A stretch of DNA of 64,000 bases. Origin: an uncultured Gemmatimonadaceae bacterium. GTDB taxonomy: Bacteria > Gemmatimonadota > Gemmatimonadetes > Gemmatimonadales > Gemmatimonadaceae. Every line of letters starts with the position of its first letter. The first letter of the stretch is position 1. Below are positions 9,551 to 19,291 of this stretch, in pieces. The stretch is taken from positions 386,253 through 450,252 of the forward strand of contig CAWAGQ010000007.1 of assembly GCA_963781585.1 (NCBI GenBank), in the 5' to 3' direction. The position numbers were made by a program, and so were the translations under genes. The notes beneath the pieces were generated by a model. That model was given only the letters and a program-made list of their open reading frames with translations, searched no databases and was not told the origin of the DNA.

Positions 9551-9833
9551 GGAATGGGACTGAGCCGCTGCCGTTCGCGACGCGATCAAGCTTCTTTGGC
9601 TGTACGCACCCCATGGGGGATACATCTGCCGCTAAACTTCGAGGAGAGTGCACCTTCCGACCGTCGGGCGCTTCCGCTGGTACGTGACTGCTGTAACTCC
9701 TCCAGTGGTCTCGTCTTCCGATGCCGAGTGGTGCGCCTTGCCACCAATTCGGGGCAGGGCCAAGGCGTGGGCGCGGGGAGCGTGACTCTGTGCGTCGCAA
9801 ACGATGCTCTGGCAATGGTTTCGTCCTCGGGCA
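9551..9833 (+). promoter_or_regulatory. Putative CRISPR leader
   Basis: 283-bp non-coding stretch between cas2 and the first repeat. The degenerate repeat is at the opposite end of the array. The last 8 nt of the repeat (TTGAGCAC) loosely resemble type I 5'-handle ends in this orientation. Confidence 0.55.
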
Positions 9834-12800
9834 GTGATTCCTTCTTCGATGCCGTCAGGCGTTGAGCACACGTGCTCGCAGACACGGCGACTGGCACCCG
9901 CGGTCGCGGCGAGTGATTCCTTCTTCGATGCCGTCAGGCGTTGAGCACTGCCGATCGGACGCTGCTGATCATCGCGTGACACGATCCGGCCGTGTGATTC
10001 CTTCTTCGATGCCGTCAGGCGTTGAGCACATGAACGACGACCTGATTCCGCGCACGAAGCACGAAGTGATTCCTTCTTCGATGCCGTCAGGCGTTGAGCA
10101 CCCGCAACTGATGCGACACGACGAGCTTCTCCAGCTCCTGTGATTCCTTCTTCGATGCCGTCAGGCGTTGAGCACGCTTCTCGTGCGCGGGCTCTATCCG
10201 CTGGTTCAGTGTGATTCCTTCTTCGATGCCGTCAGGCGTTGAGCACTCCGAGCGCAGGAACCACCCATCCGCCTGGAGCGCGAAGTGATTCCTTCTTCGA
10301 TGCCGTCAGGCGTTGAGCACCAGCCACAAACGGCTCTGCTCTTGCCGGACACGAGGGCGTGATTCCTTCTTCGATGCCGTCAGGCGTTGAGCACTGAGGA
10401 GCGAATCGGGGGACGCCCGAGCGACAAGGAGTGATTCCTTCTTCGATGCCGTCAGGCGTTGAGCACATTCGGGCGGGGGCGCAGTTGCAGAGCGGGAAGA
10501 GTGATTCCTTCTTCGATGCCGTCAGGCGTTGAGCACCCGTGCGAGGCCGCGATGAACTCCTTCCCGACTTTCGTGATTCCTTCTTCGATGCCGTCAGGCG
10601 TTGAGCACGTCCAGGCGCTTACGGATCGCGGCATCGCCTGCGAGTGATTCCTTCTTCGATGCCGTCAGGCGTTGAGCACATTTCGCCGGAGCCGTCCAGC
10701 GTGAAGAAGCAGGGTGATTCCTTCTTCGATGCCGTCAGGCGTTGAGCACAGTATCCTCGCGACCGCCTCCGGCGCGTATGCCCGGTGATTCCTTCTTCGA
10801 TGCCGTCAGGCGTTGAGCACTGAGCACGCCCCAGCCGCTGATCCACGAGGAGCACGGTGATTCCTTCTTCGATGCCGTCAGGCGTTGAGCACTGGCTGGC
10901 GCGTGATGGGCATTGCCGTCACCGCGGCCCGTGATTCCTTCTTCGATGCCGTCAGGCGTTGAGCACAGATTCGACGGGATCAGGGAATCGACATGCTGCG
11001 CCGGGGAGTGATTCCTTCTTCGATGCCGTCAGGCGTTGAGCACAGCACCGTGCAGTTGTCGTGATCGCCGCCAACGCGTGATTCCTTCTTCGATGCCGTC
11101 AGGCGTTGAGCACCCCGTGGATGCTGACCAGCGACTCTGGCGGGCGCGGTGATTCCTTCTTCGATGCCGTCAGGCGTTGAGCACTTGCGGCCTTGATCGC
11201 GGTGAGCGTCAGGCTGCCGTGATTCCTTCTTCGATGCCGTCAGGCGTTGAGCACATCTTCGCCTGGTCCTCTTTCGTCGCGGTCGCATATAGTGATTCCT
11301 TCTTCGATGCCGTCAGGCGTTGAGCACCGCCGCTGGAATCGGGGACCGACGTGATCTGCTGGTAGGAGTGATTCCTTCTTCGATGCCGTCAGGCGTTGAG
11401 CACGCGACGTGGAACTGGATGCTTGGAAGTGCACCTACGCGAGTGATTCCTTCTTCGATGCCGTCAGGCGTTGAGCACTCCTCGAAGGGTTGCGGATCGC
11501 GCAACCCGCCCGTGTGATTCCTTCTTCGATGCCGTCAGGCGTTGAGCACCCGCGTGCGTCATGATTGCCCCACACCGCATACTGAGTGATTCCTTCTTCG
11601 ATGCCGTCAGGCGTTGAGCACTGCGCGCGGATCTCGGGGCTGCGTCGTCCCGGCTGTGATTCCTTCTTCGATGCCGTCAGGCGTTGAGCACAAAACGACT
11701 CCGAAAGACCGCCTCGCCCAGCTGTGCGTGATTCCTTCTTCGATGCCGTCAGGCGTTGAGCACTCACTAATCACACGCGCGCACACCATGACTCTCATCG
11801 TGATTCCTTCTTCGATGCCGTCAGGCGTTGAGCACTTAAAGTTCGCCAGCGATTGCAGTGTGACGCGATGAGTGTGATTCCTTCTTCGATGCCGTCAGGC
11901 GTTGAGCACTGCACTACGGCCTCACGCCGGGCATCCCGGGCGGCTAGTGATTCCTTCTTCGATGCCGTCAGGCGTTGAGCACTGCATCGTGAGCGGCACT
12001 TCGGCGGTCACGAGCGTGTGATTCCTTCTTCGATGCCGTCAGGCGTTGAGCACAGCACGATGTTGCTCGCGACCCACGCCCACGCCGCCGTGATTCCTTC
12101 TTCGATGCCGTCAGGCGTTGAGCACTACAGACCGCCCAGCTCATCCGTGGACCACTTGATGTGATTCCTTCTTCGATGCCGTCAGGCGTTGAGCACTCGG
12201 CTGTCGAGCACATGAGGCGCTCGGCCTAGCGTGATTCCTTCTTCGATGCCGTCAGGCGTTGAGCACTGTAACGGAGGGTGATCCTGTATTGCGGGGATGG
12301 GGGTGATTCCTTCTTCGATGCCGTCAGGCGTTGAGCACCGGTCGTATGGCGCCGAGTGGGATGCGGCGTTGGGGAGTGATTCCTTCTTCGATGCCGTCAG
12401 GCGTTGAGCACACGATTTGACGGTCAATATAACGCTTACGATCGTTGTGATTCCTTCTTCGATGCCGTCAGGCGTTGAGCACTGTGGGACGGCAGTAATC
12501 GCGTCGGACAGCTGGACGTGATTCCTTCTTCGATGCCGTCAGGCGTTGAGCACACGGCTCTCAAGGAGACGTGCTTGAATCATGCCCGTGATTCCTTCTT
12601 CGATGCCGTCAGGCGTTGAGCACTCCTTGCCGCGACGTTGGCCACGGCCGGGGTGCAGGTGATTCCTTCTTCGATGCCGTCAGGCGTTGAGCACACCGGT
12701 ACGACCACCGCGGCATCGCGGGGTCCGCCAGGTGATTCCTTCTTCGATGCCGTCAGGCGTTGAGCACCAGACCGCGGCGGGGACGGAGACCGCGGGCGCG

Positions 12801-15414
12801 GGTGATTCCTTCTTCGATGCCGTCAGGCGTTGAGCACGAGGATACGGGACCAATCCCGGCGCGAGCGGTACGTGATTCCTTCTTCGATGCCGTCAGGCGT
12901 TGAGCACTCATCATTGCGGTGGCGTCCGGTCATCCTCTCCGGTGATTCCTTCTTCGATGCCGTCAGGCGTTGAGCACTCCTCGCTTACTACCACCGCGCT
13001 CGCCGCCGGCGGGTGATTCCTTCTTCGATGCCGTCAGGCGTTGAGCACGGAAGCGTTCTGTGGCTTTCATAAGCCCATCAAGTGATTCCTTCTTCGATGC
13101 CGTCAGGCGTTGAGCACACTCGGTAGGCTCATCTGGCGTTCCTCGTCTCGATGTGATTCCTTCTTCGATGCCGTCAGGCGTTGAGCACCCGAAGTGCCCT
13201 TCTTCTACGACGGGCGCTACAAGTGATTCCTTCTTCGATGCCGTCAGGCGTTGAGCACTTCATGGACGCCGACCACCCGCGATGGGGCGCGCAGTGTGAT
13301 TCCTTCTTCGATGCCGTCAGGCGTTGAGCACATCCCGCCGGCCTCCGCAACCGTCACGGTCGCCGCGGCTGTCAGGTGATTCCTTCTTCGATGCCGTCAG
13401 GCGTTGAGCACTGGTTCCCGCAGATTTCCCTGAACAGGAACGACAGGTGATTCCTTCTTCGATGCCGTCAGGCGTTGAGCACTCAGCGGCGACATCATCC
13501 TCAACCTCGGGGGCCTGGTGATTCCTTCTTCGATGCCGTCAGGCGTTGAGCACGTTGACTGCCACACACTCGGCACCGTCGTACACGGTGGTGATTCCTT
13601 CTTCGATGCCGTCAGGCGTTGAGCACGTACAGACTACTGCAAAGGCTGGTAGGGGAAAGGGTGATTCCTTCTTCGATGCCGTCAGGCGTTGAGCACTTCT
13701 GCGGCAGAGAGCATCGTCAGGGACGATGCGGCGTGATTCCTTCTTCGATGCCGTCAGGCGTTGAGCACATCGTTTCCCCGTCCGTGGCGGCAGCGTAGCC
13801 GAAGAACGTGATTCCTTCTTCGATGCCGTCAGGCGTTGAGCACTTCAAGAGCCCGGAAGAATTTCGGCTGTCGGTCTGTGATTCCTTCTTCGATGCCGTC
13901 AGGCGTTGAGCACCGGTCGAACCGGAAGGACGGTTCGTCAGGGCGCCGAGTGATTCCTTCTTCGATGCCGTCAGGCGTTGAGCACCGGCGGTGAAGGCCA
14001 TGGCACCGAGCGCGGCCAGGATGTGATTCCTTCTTCGATGCCGTCAGGCGTTGAGCACGTGACTGGATTGGAGCATCGGCTGGCGAGGATAGCGTGATTC
14101 CTTCTTCGATGCCGTCAGGCGTTGAGCACAAGTTCGGGAGGGGGGTTCCGCTGTCAACCTTCGGGTGATTCCTTCTTCGATGCCGTCAGGCGTTGAGCAC
14201 AGGGCGGCACGCTTCACACGGACCTCCGACTCTGTGATTCCTTCTTCGATGCCGTCAGGCGTTGAGCACGAGACATCGCGCCGTTGGCCACGATTGAGCG
14301 GCTGTATGTGATTCCTTCTTCGATGCCGTCAGGCGTTGAGCACCCGTCAATGGCCGCGCAGAGCGCCTCGTCCAGCACGTGATTCCTTCTTCGATGCCGT
14401 CAGGCGTTGAGCACGTACTCGAAGTCGAGAATGAGCCCGCCCGACTTCGTGATTCCTTCTTCGATGCCGTCAGGCGTTGAGCACCCGGGGAGTATCGCCG
14501 CCACTTCCGCAATCGGCGGACGTGATTCCTTCTTCGATGCCGTCAGGCGTTGAGCACTTGGTCAGCACCGCGGTCGCGGTGGGGAGTACGCGCGTGATTC
14601 CTTCTTCGATGCCGTCAGGCGTTGAGCACTGGAGTCGGGACAAGAATCTGGTGACGGTGAAGCGTGATTCCTTCTTCGATGCCGTCAGGCGTTGAGCACT
14701 CCTCGCCGTCGATCCCCTTGTCGCTAATCCACGCGTGATTCCTTCTTCGATGCCGTCAGGCGTTGAGCACATGCCGTGGGCGCGGCGTTGGGAGCAACGG
14801 ATCAAGTGATTCCTTCTTCGATGCCGTCAGGCGTTGAGCACTATCCCGACATTTTCGTCGCACCGAAGGTGGCAAGGTGATTCCTTCTTCGATGCCGTCA
14901 GGCGTTGAGCACATACTCGAGGCTGAGGGGCGCGGTAAACCGATCCAGCAGTGATTCCTTCTTCGATGCCGTCAGGCGTTGAGCACATTCGGTACGCGGT
15001 GAAGGCGGAGCAAGTCGCGCGGTGATTCCTTCTTCGATGCCGTCAGGCGTTGAGCACTCGTCCGACGTGACCTGGCCGTCAAAGGACGGATACAGTGATT
15101 CCTTCTTCGATGCCGTCAGGCGTTGAGCACACCACGGTGCTGGTTGCCGGAAGGAACTTCCGAAGTGATTCCTTCTTCGATGCCGTCAGGCGTTGAGCAC
15201 TCCTCGTAGCCGAGTCAGTCATCGCTTCGGCTCCTGTGATTCCTTCTTCGATGCCGTCAGGCGTTGAGCACACGGTCTTTCTGATGGATTTCTTGCAGCG
15301 CTCGCGTGATTCCTTCTTCGATGCCGTCAGGCGTTGAGCACGACATGAAGTTCGGCGGTGTCCCCGAGAGCTCCGTGCGTGATTCCTTCTTCGATGCCTT
15401 AAGACGTTGAGCAC
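9834..15414 (+). CRISPR. CRISPR array, 78 repeats of 36 bp, 77 spacers
   Basis: I located every copy of GTGATTCCTTCTTCGATGCCGTCAGGCGTTGAGCAC by hand, from 9834-9869 to 15379-15414. Repeat-to-repeat period is 69-81 bp, so spacers are 33-45 nt with a mode of 34-36. The last repeat has 3 substitutions (..GATGCCTTAAGACGTT..). Confidence 0.99.
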
Positions 15415-15470
15415 TTGGCGCGGCCGTCGCCGCTGGTCGCGGCGCCTCGTGCGCGTCGCGTAGGGGTTCC

Positions 15471-16916
15471 GTGTCGCTGGAACATGTCGTAGCGTTGTGG
15501 TCCGTGAACGCTCCCCCGTCGCGCCTCGCCGAAGCCCTCGCCGACCGGTACACCATCGAACGGGAGGTGGGGGCCGGCGGCATGGCCACCGTGTTCCTTG
15601 CCGAGGACCGGAAGCACGGGCGCAAAGTCGCGCTCAAGGTGCTGCGCCCCGAGCTCGCCGCGGCCATGGGTTCCGAGCGCTTCCCGCGCGAGATCAAGAT
15701 GGTGGCGCAGTTCAATCACCCGCACATCCTGTCGCTCTACGACTCGGGCGAGGTGCAGGGGTTCCTCTACTACGTGATGCCGTACGTGGAGGGCGAGTCC
15801 CTCCGCGACCGGTTGGCGCGCGAGGGGCAGCTTCCAGTCGGCGACGCCACCCGGATCCTGCGCGAGGTCGCCGACGCGCTCGCGTACTCGCACGCCCGCG
15901 GGGTGGTGCACCGGGACATCAAACCCGGCAACGTCCTCCTCTCGGGGCGCCACGCGGTGGTCACCGACTTCGGTGTCGCCAAGGCGCTCACCGCGTCAGG
16001 CGGCGACAAGGCCACCACGGTCGGGCTCGCGGTGGGGACCCCGCAATACATGTCGCCGGAGCAGGCGATGGGCGACACCAACATCGACCACCGCGCGGAC
16101 ATCTATGCGCTGGGACTGCTCGGGTATGAGATGCTCGCGGGGCGGCCGCCGTTCGATGCCACCACGCCGCAGGGCATTCTCGCGGCGCAGGTCATGGAGC
16201 AGCCGGCGGACATCCAGCAGGTGCGGCCGGGCACGCCTCCCATCCTCGGCGACGCCATCATGCGTTGCCTGGCAAAGAATCCCGCCGATCGCTGGCAGAG
16301 CGCCGACGAACTCATCGCCCGCCTCGAGACTATCGGCGCCACGCCGCCAAGCGGCGGCCTCACGCCGACCGATACGCGCCCGTTGAAGGCTCTGGCGCTG
16401 CGGCCGACGAGGCGACGGGGGTTGCTGATTGGCGTGGTGGCGGGCCTGGTCGCAATCGGTGGCGCCATTGCTGCGTACGAGCTCGGGAGAGGCGGAAATA
16501 CCGGGAAGATCGACCGCATCGGGGTGATGCCGATCGAGGACATTTCCGGCAAGGACTCCGTGTTCGTGGCGGCCATGCACGACGCGCTCACCAGTGCGCT
16601 CACGCGCGCGAACCTCACCGGCGTCGAAGCGCATTCGACGATGATGCGCTACAAGGGGAGCGCCAAGACCATTCGCGAGATCGCGAAGGAACTCGGTCTC
16701 GGCGCGGTGGTGGAGGCGACGGTGTTCCGCGCCGGAGACGTGATGCGGATCAACGTGCAGTTCACGGACCCGGTGACCAGCCGGTCGCTCTGGTCGAACA
16801 CGTTCGAGAAGAACGTGAGCGACGTGCTGGCGGCACAGAGCGACGTCGTGGTGCAGGTGGCCAGCGGAATCGACAGCGTACTTGCCGGATCCCCGAAGAA
16901 CGGAGGAGGCAAATGA
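15471..16916 (+). CDS. Ser/Thr protein kinase with C-terminal membrane-anchored extracytoplasmic domain
   Basis: Hanks kinase motifs are present: GAGGMATVF..KVALKV, HRDIKPGNVLL, DFGVAKAL and GTPQYMSPEQ. A TM segment (LLIGVVAGLVAIGGAIAAY) is followed by a TolB-N-like tail. GTG start. Confidence 0.9.
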   Translation: MSLEHVVALWSVNAPPSRLAEALADRYTIEREVGAGGMATVFLAEDRKHGRKVALKVLRPELAAAMGSERFPREIKMVAQFNHPHILSLYDSGEVQGFLYYVMPYVEGESLRDRLAREGQLPVGDATRILREVADALAYSHARGVVHRDIKPGNVLLSGRHAVVTDFGVAKALTASGGDKATTVGLAVGTPQYMSPEQAMGDTNIDHRADIYALGLLGYEMLAGRPPFDATTPQGILAAQVMEQPADIQQVRPGTPPILGDAIMRCLAKNPADRWQSADELIARLETIGATPPSGGLTPTDTRPLKALALRPTRRRGLLIGVVAGLVAIGGAIAAYELGRGGNTGKIDRIGVMPIEDISGKDSVFVAAMHDALTSALTRANLTGVEAHSTMMRYKGSAKTIREIAKELGLGAVVEATVFRAGDVMRINVQFTDPVTSRSLWSNTFEKNVSDVLAAQSDVVVQVASGIDSVLAGSPKNGGGK

Positions 16917-18868
16917 GATTCTCTCCCTGCGTCGGCATGGTGCTCCTGCTGGGCGCGTGCGCCCGCGGTGAGAGCGGTGGTCCACAGGTAACCGCGCTCT
17001 CCCCGGACGGCCAACGCCTGAATGCAATCAGCTATTCGCCTGATGGAACCCGGATTGCGTACTGGAGTCCGGGCGATTCGGCGGCCTGGCAGCTGTGGGT
17101 GGCCAACGCGGACCTGAGCGCGCCGATGAAGATGCCAGCGATTTCGCTGTTCTCCGGAGTCCCGCCGGTATGGTCGCCCGATGGTACCAGGATTGCCTCG
17201 TGGTCGAGCCAGTTCGGGACGGCGGATGTCGTCGTCATGCCGGCTGCGGGCGGTGCACCGCAACGTGTGACGCAGGGTCCTGGCTTTGAAATCCCGGTCG
17301 CCTGGTATCCGGACGGAGATCGCCTGACCTACCTCGCATCGGCTGAGGGAGGTACCATCAGCAGCTTCGAAGTGTCCGTCAGCGCGGGGACGAGCAAGCC
17401 TCTTGTCCCGAACGAAAGGCACCCGACATTCGGGATGCCCTCACCCGATGGTTCACACCTCGGGTACGGGGTCGTCGACGGCCAACGGAGCAGCCTGTGG
17501 GTAGCGGACAGCGACGGCAGCAATCCGCGCCAGCTGACAAGCGAGGGCTTCGAGAGCGCTAGCGGCAATACCATCCCGTGGTCGCCGGACGGGAAGGAGA
17601 TCGCGTACGAATCGCGCCGCACAGGAACGTCGGACATCTGGGTCGTCCCGATCGACGGCGGCAAGCCACAGCAGCTCACGCACGACGTGCGGAACGACTA
17701 CCTCCCGACGTGGTCGCCCGATGGCAAGTGGATCGCGTTTCTCTCGGACCGGGGCCGGCAGACTGATGTCTGGGTGGTTCCCGCAGCTGGTGGCGAGGAG
17801 CGCCGGGTGAGCGATACTTCGGATGACGAATTGGCGCTGACCTGGAGGCCCGGGACCACGACGTTGGCGTTCACTGCGATCACCCGGGCGGGCGGCGCTT
17901 GGGTCATGGACCTTACCGGCGGGACGGAGCGGCGCATCACGCCCGATTCCGTTCGCATCAGCTGGTTCAACGTTTCGCCTGACGGCGAGCAGATCGACTA
18001 CGTGGTCGACCGCGGCGGTGGGATCGCGGACCTGGCCGTGATGGCCATCGCCGGCGGCCCGTCGCGCACGCTGGTGGCGGGTGGCGGGATCGTCAACTCG
18101 CCTTACTGGTCGCCGGATGGATCGAAGATCGTGTTCACGTCGGACCGCGGCGGGTCGATGGACGTGTGGGTGGTGGACGCGTCCGGCGGAGCGCCGCGTC
18201 AGATCACGAACTGGCCGAGTAATGAGAGCGCGGCGGTGTGGAGCGGGGACGGCAAGGTGGTGTTCTTCCGGTCTGATCGCGACAGCAAGCTGGGTGATCT
18301 CTGGAAAGTGCCTGCGTCGGGCGGAGAGCCGACACGAGTGACGAACAATGGTACCATCGGTGGTGGGTTGGTCAGCCGTGCCGGCGTCTCCGATATCTTC
18401 GCCGGCACGCTCAATCCGAGCGGAGGTCAGCTGGCATTTGCGCGAGTGCGCCCGGACGGCAGCCTGCATGCGGTGTGGGATCTGACCAATGCGTTTCCGG
18501 CCTCGATTTCTCCGTCCGGCGATTCGGTTGCGGCGCTGGTGGAGCAGCCGGACGGGAAGATGGCCAGCATGATCCTCCCAGCGGCCGGTGGTGCGGGCCG
18601 GGTCATTCTTGGAGCGAGCGATCAGGTCGGGAACTGGTCGAAGGACGGCAGGACGCTGCTCTATGAGACCGGCCCCAGCGCGTCTCGCGATCTCGGCGTC
18701 CTGAATGTCGCCGACGGCACCACGCGACGCCTGACGACGACGCCCGAGGAGGAGGGAGGCGCGGAGTTCACGCCCGACGGGAACAGCGTGGTGTTCGTGC
18801 GGAACAGAGTCGTGGAGCGGATCTACTCGGTGGACCTGTCGAAGATGCTCGGCGGCGCGAAGCCGTAG
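16913..18868 (+). CDS. PD40/TolB-like beta-propeller repeat lipoprotein
   Basis: ATG at 16913 overlaps the kinase stop (ATGA). The lipobox is MVLLLGAC. Repeated SPDG motifs occur (YSPDGTRIAYWS, WSPDGKEIAYES, WSPDGKWIAFLSDR, WSPDGSKIVFTSDRGG). The upstream part of track ORF 16265 was discarded. Confidence 0.85.
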   Translation: MRFSPCVGMVLLLGACARGESGGPQVTALSPDGQRLNAISYSPDGTRIAYWSPGDSAAWQLWVANADLSAPMKMPAISLFSGVPPVWSPDGTRIASWSSQFGTADVVVMPAAGGAPQRVTQGPGFEIPVAWYPDGDRLTYLASAEGGTISSFEVSVSAGTSKPLVPNERHPTFGMPSPDGSHLGYGVVDGQRSSLWVADSDGSNPRQLTSEGFESASGNTIPWSPDGKEIAYESRRTGTSDIWVVPIDGGKPQQLTHDVRNDYLPTWSPDGKWIAFLSDRGRQTDVWVVPAAGGEERRVSDTSDDELALTWRPGTTTLAFTAITRAGGAWVMDLTGGTERRITPDSVRISWFNVSPDGEQIDYVVDRGGGIADLAVMAIAGGPSRTLVAGGGIVNSPYWSPDGSKIVFTSDRGGSMDVWVVDASGGAPRQITNWPSNESAAVWSGDGKVVFFRSDRDSKLGDLWKVPASGGEPTRVTNNGTIGGGLVSRAGVSDIFAGTLNPSGGQLAFARVRPDGSLHAVWDLTNAFPASISPSGDSVAALVEQPDGKMASMILPAAGGAGRVILGASDQVGNWSKDGRTLLYETGPSASRDLGVLNVADGTTRRLTTTPEEEGGAEFTPDGNSVVFVRNRVVERIYSVDLSKMLGGAKP

Positions 18869-19291
18869 GGCGGTTGGCTGCCGCGCTGCCTGTCCCCAGC
18901 GCGCGTTAGGCGGACTCGGCGGCGATGGGTCCGACACGCGCCGGACTGCGCAGGATGAGCCATTCCGCGACCACGAGATTCGGCACTCAGCACAGCCAGG
19001 CTACGACCTGGTGCGCCTCCGCGGAGGTATCGCCAGGCAGGATGCATCCGATTCTGAGCCCTGATTCTGTTCCAGGCCGCGTATCATCGCGTTCATACCA
19101 CTGAACACGGCGTTACGTATTCCGGCAGACGTCCCGAAACCCGGAGACGTGCGGTAAGCGACTGGGGCATCGGGTCATGCGACTCGCGCTTGCCCCCGTG
19201 CCAGGCGTCGGCACGTCGCGTGAAGCAGGAGAGGACGAATCGAAGCGCCGCACCGGCGCCCCGTTCTCGCCCTATCTTCGAGGTTCTCCTC

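Noticed and set aside
9782-9818. A second possible repeat relic in the leader (GTGACTCTGTGCGTCGCAAACGATGC..).
   Set aside because: Only the first 6 of 8 bases and a CGATGC core match. Its distance to repeat 1 (52 bp) is incompatible with a repeat-spacer unit.
9862-15414. Dozens of 60-110-aa ORFs on both strands across the array, with recurring peptides (CSTPDGIEEGIT, AQRLTASKKES, VIPSSMPSGVEH).
   Set aside because: The periodic peptides are simply translations of the 36-bp CRISPR repeat in different frames. They are not coding.
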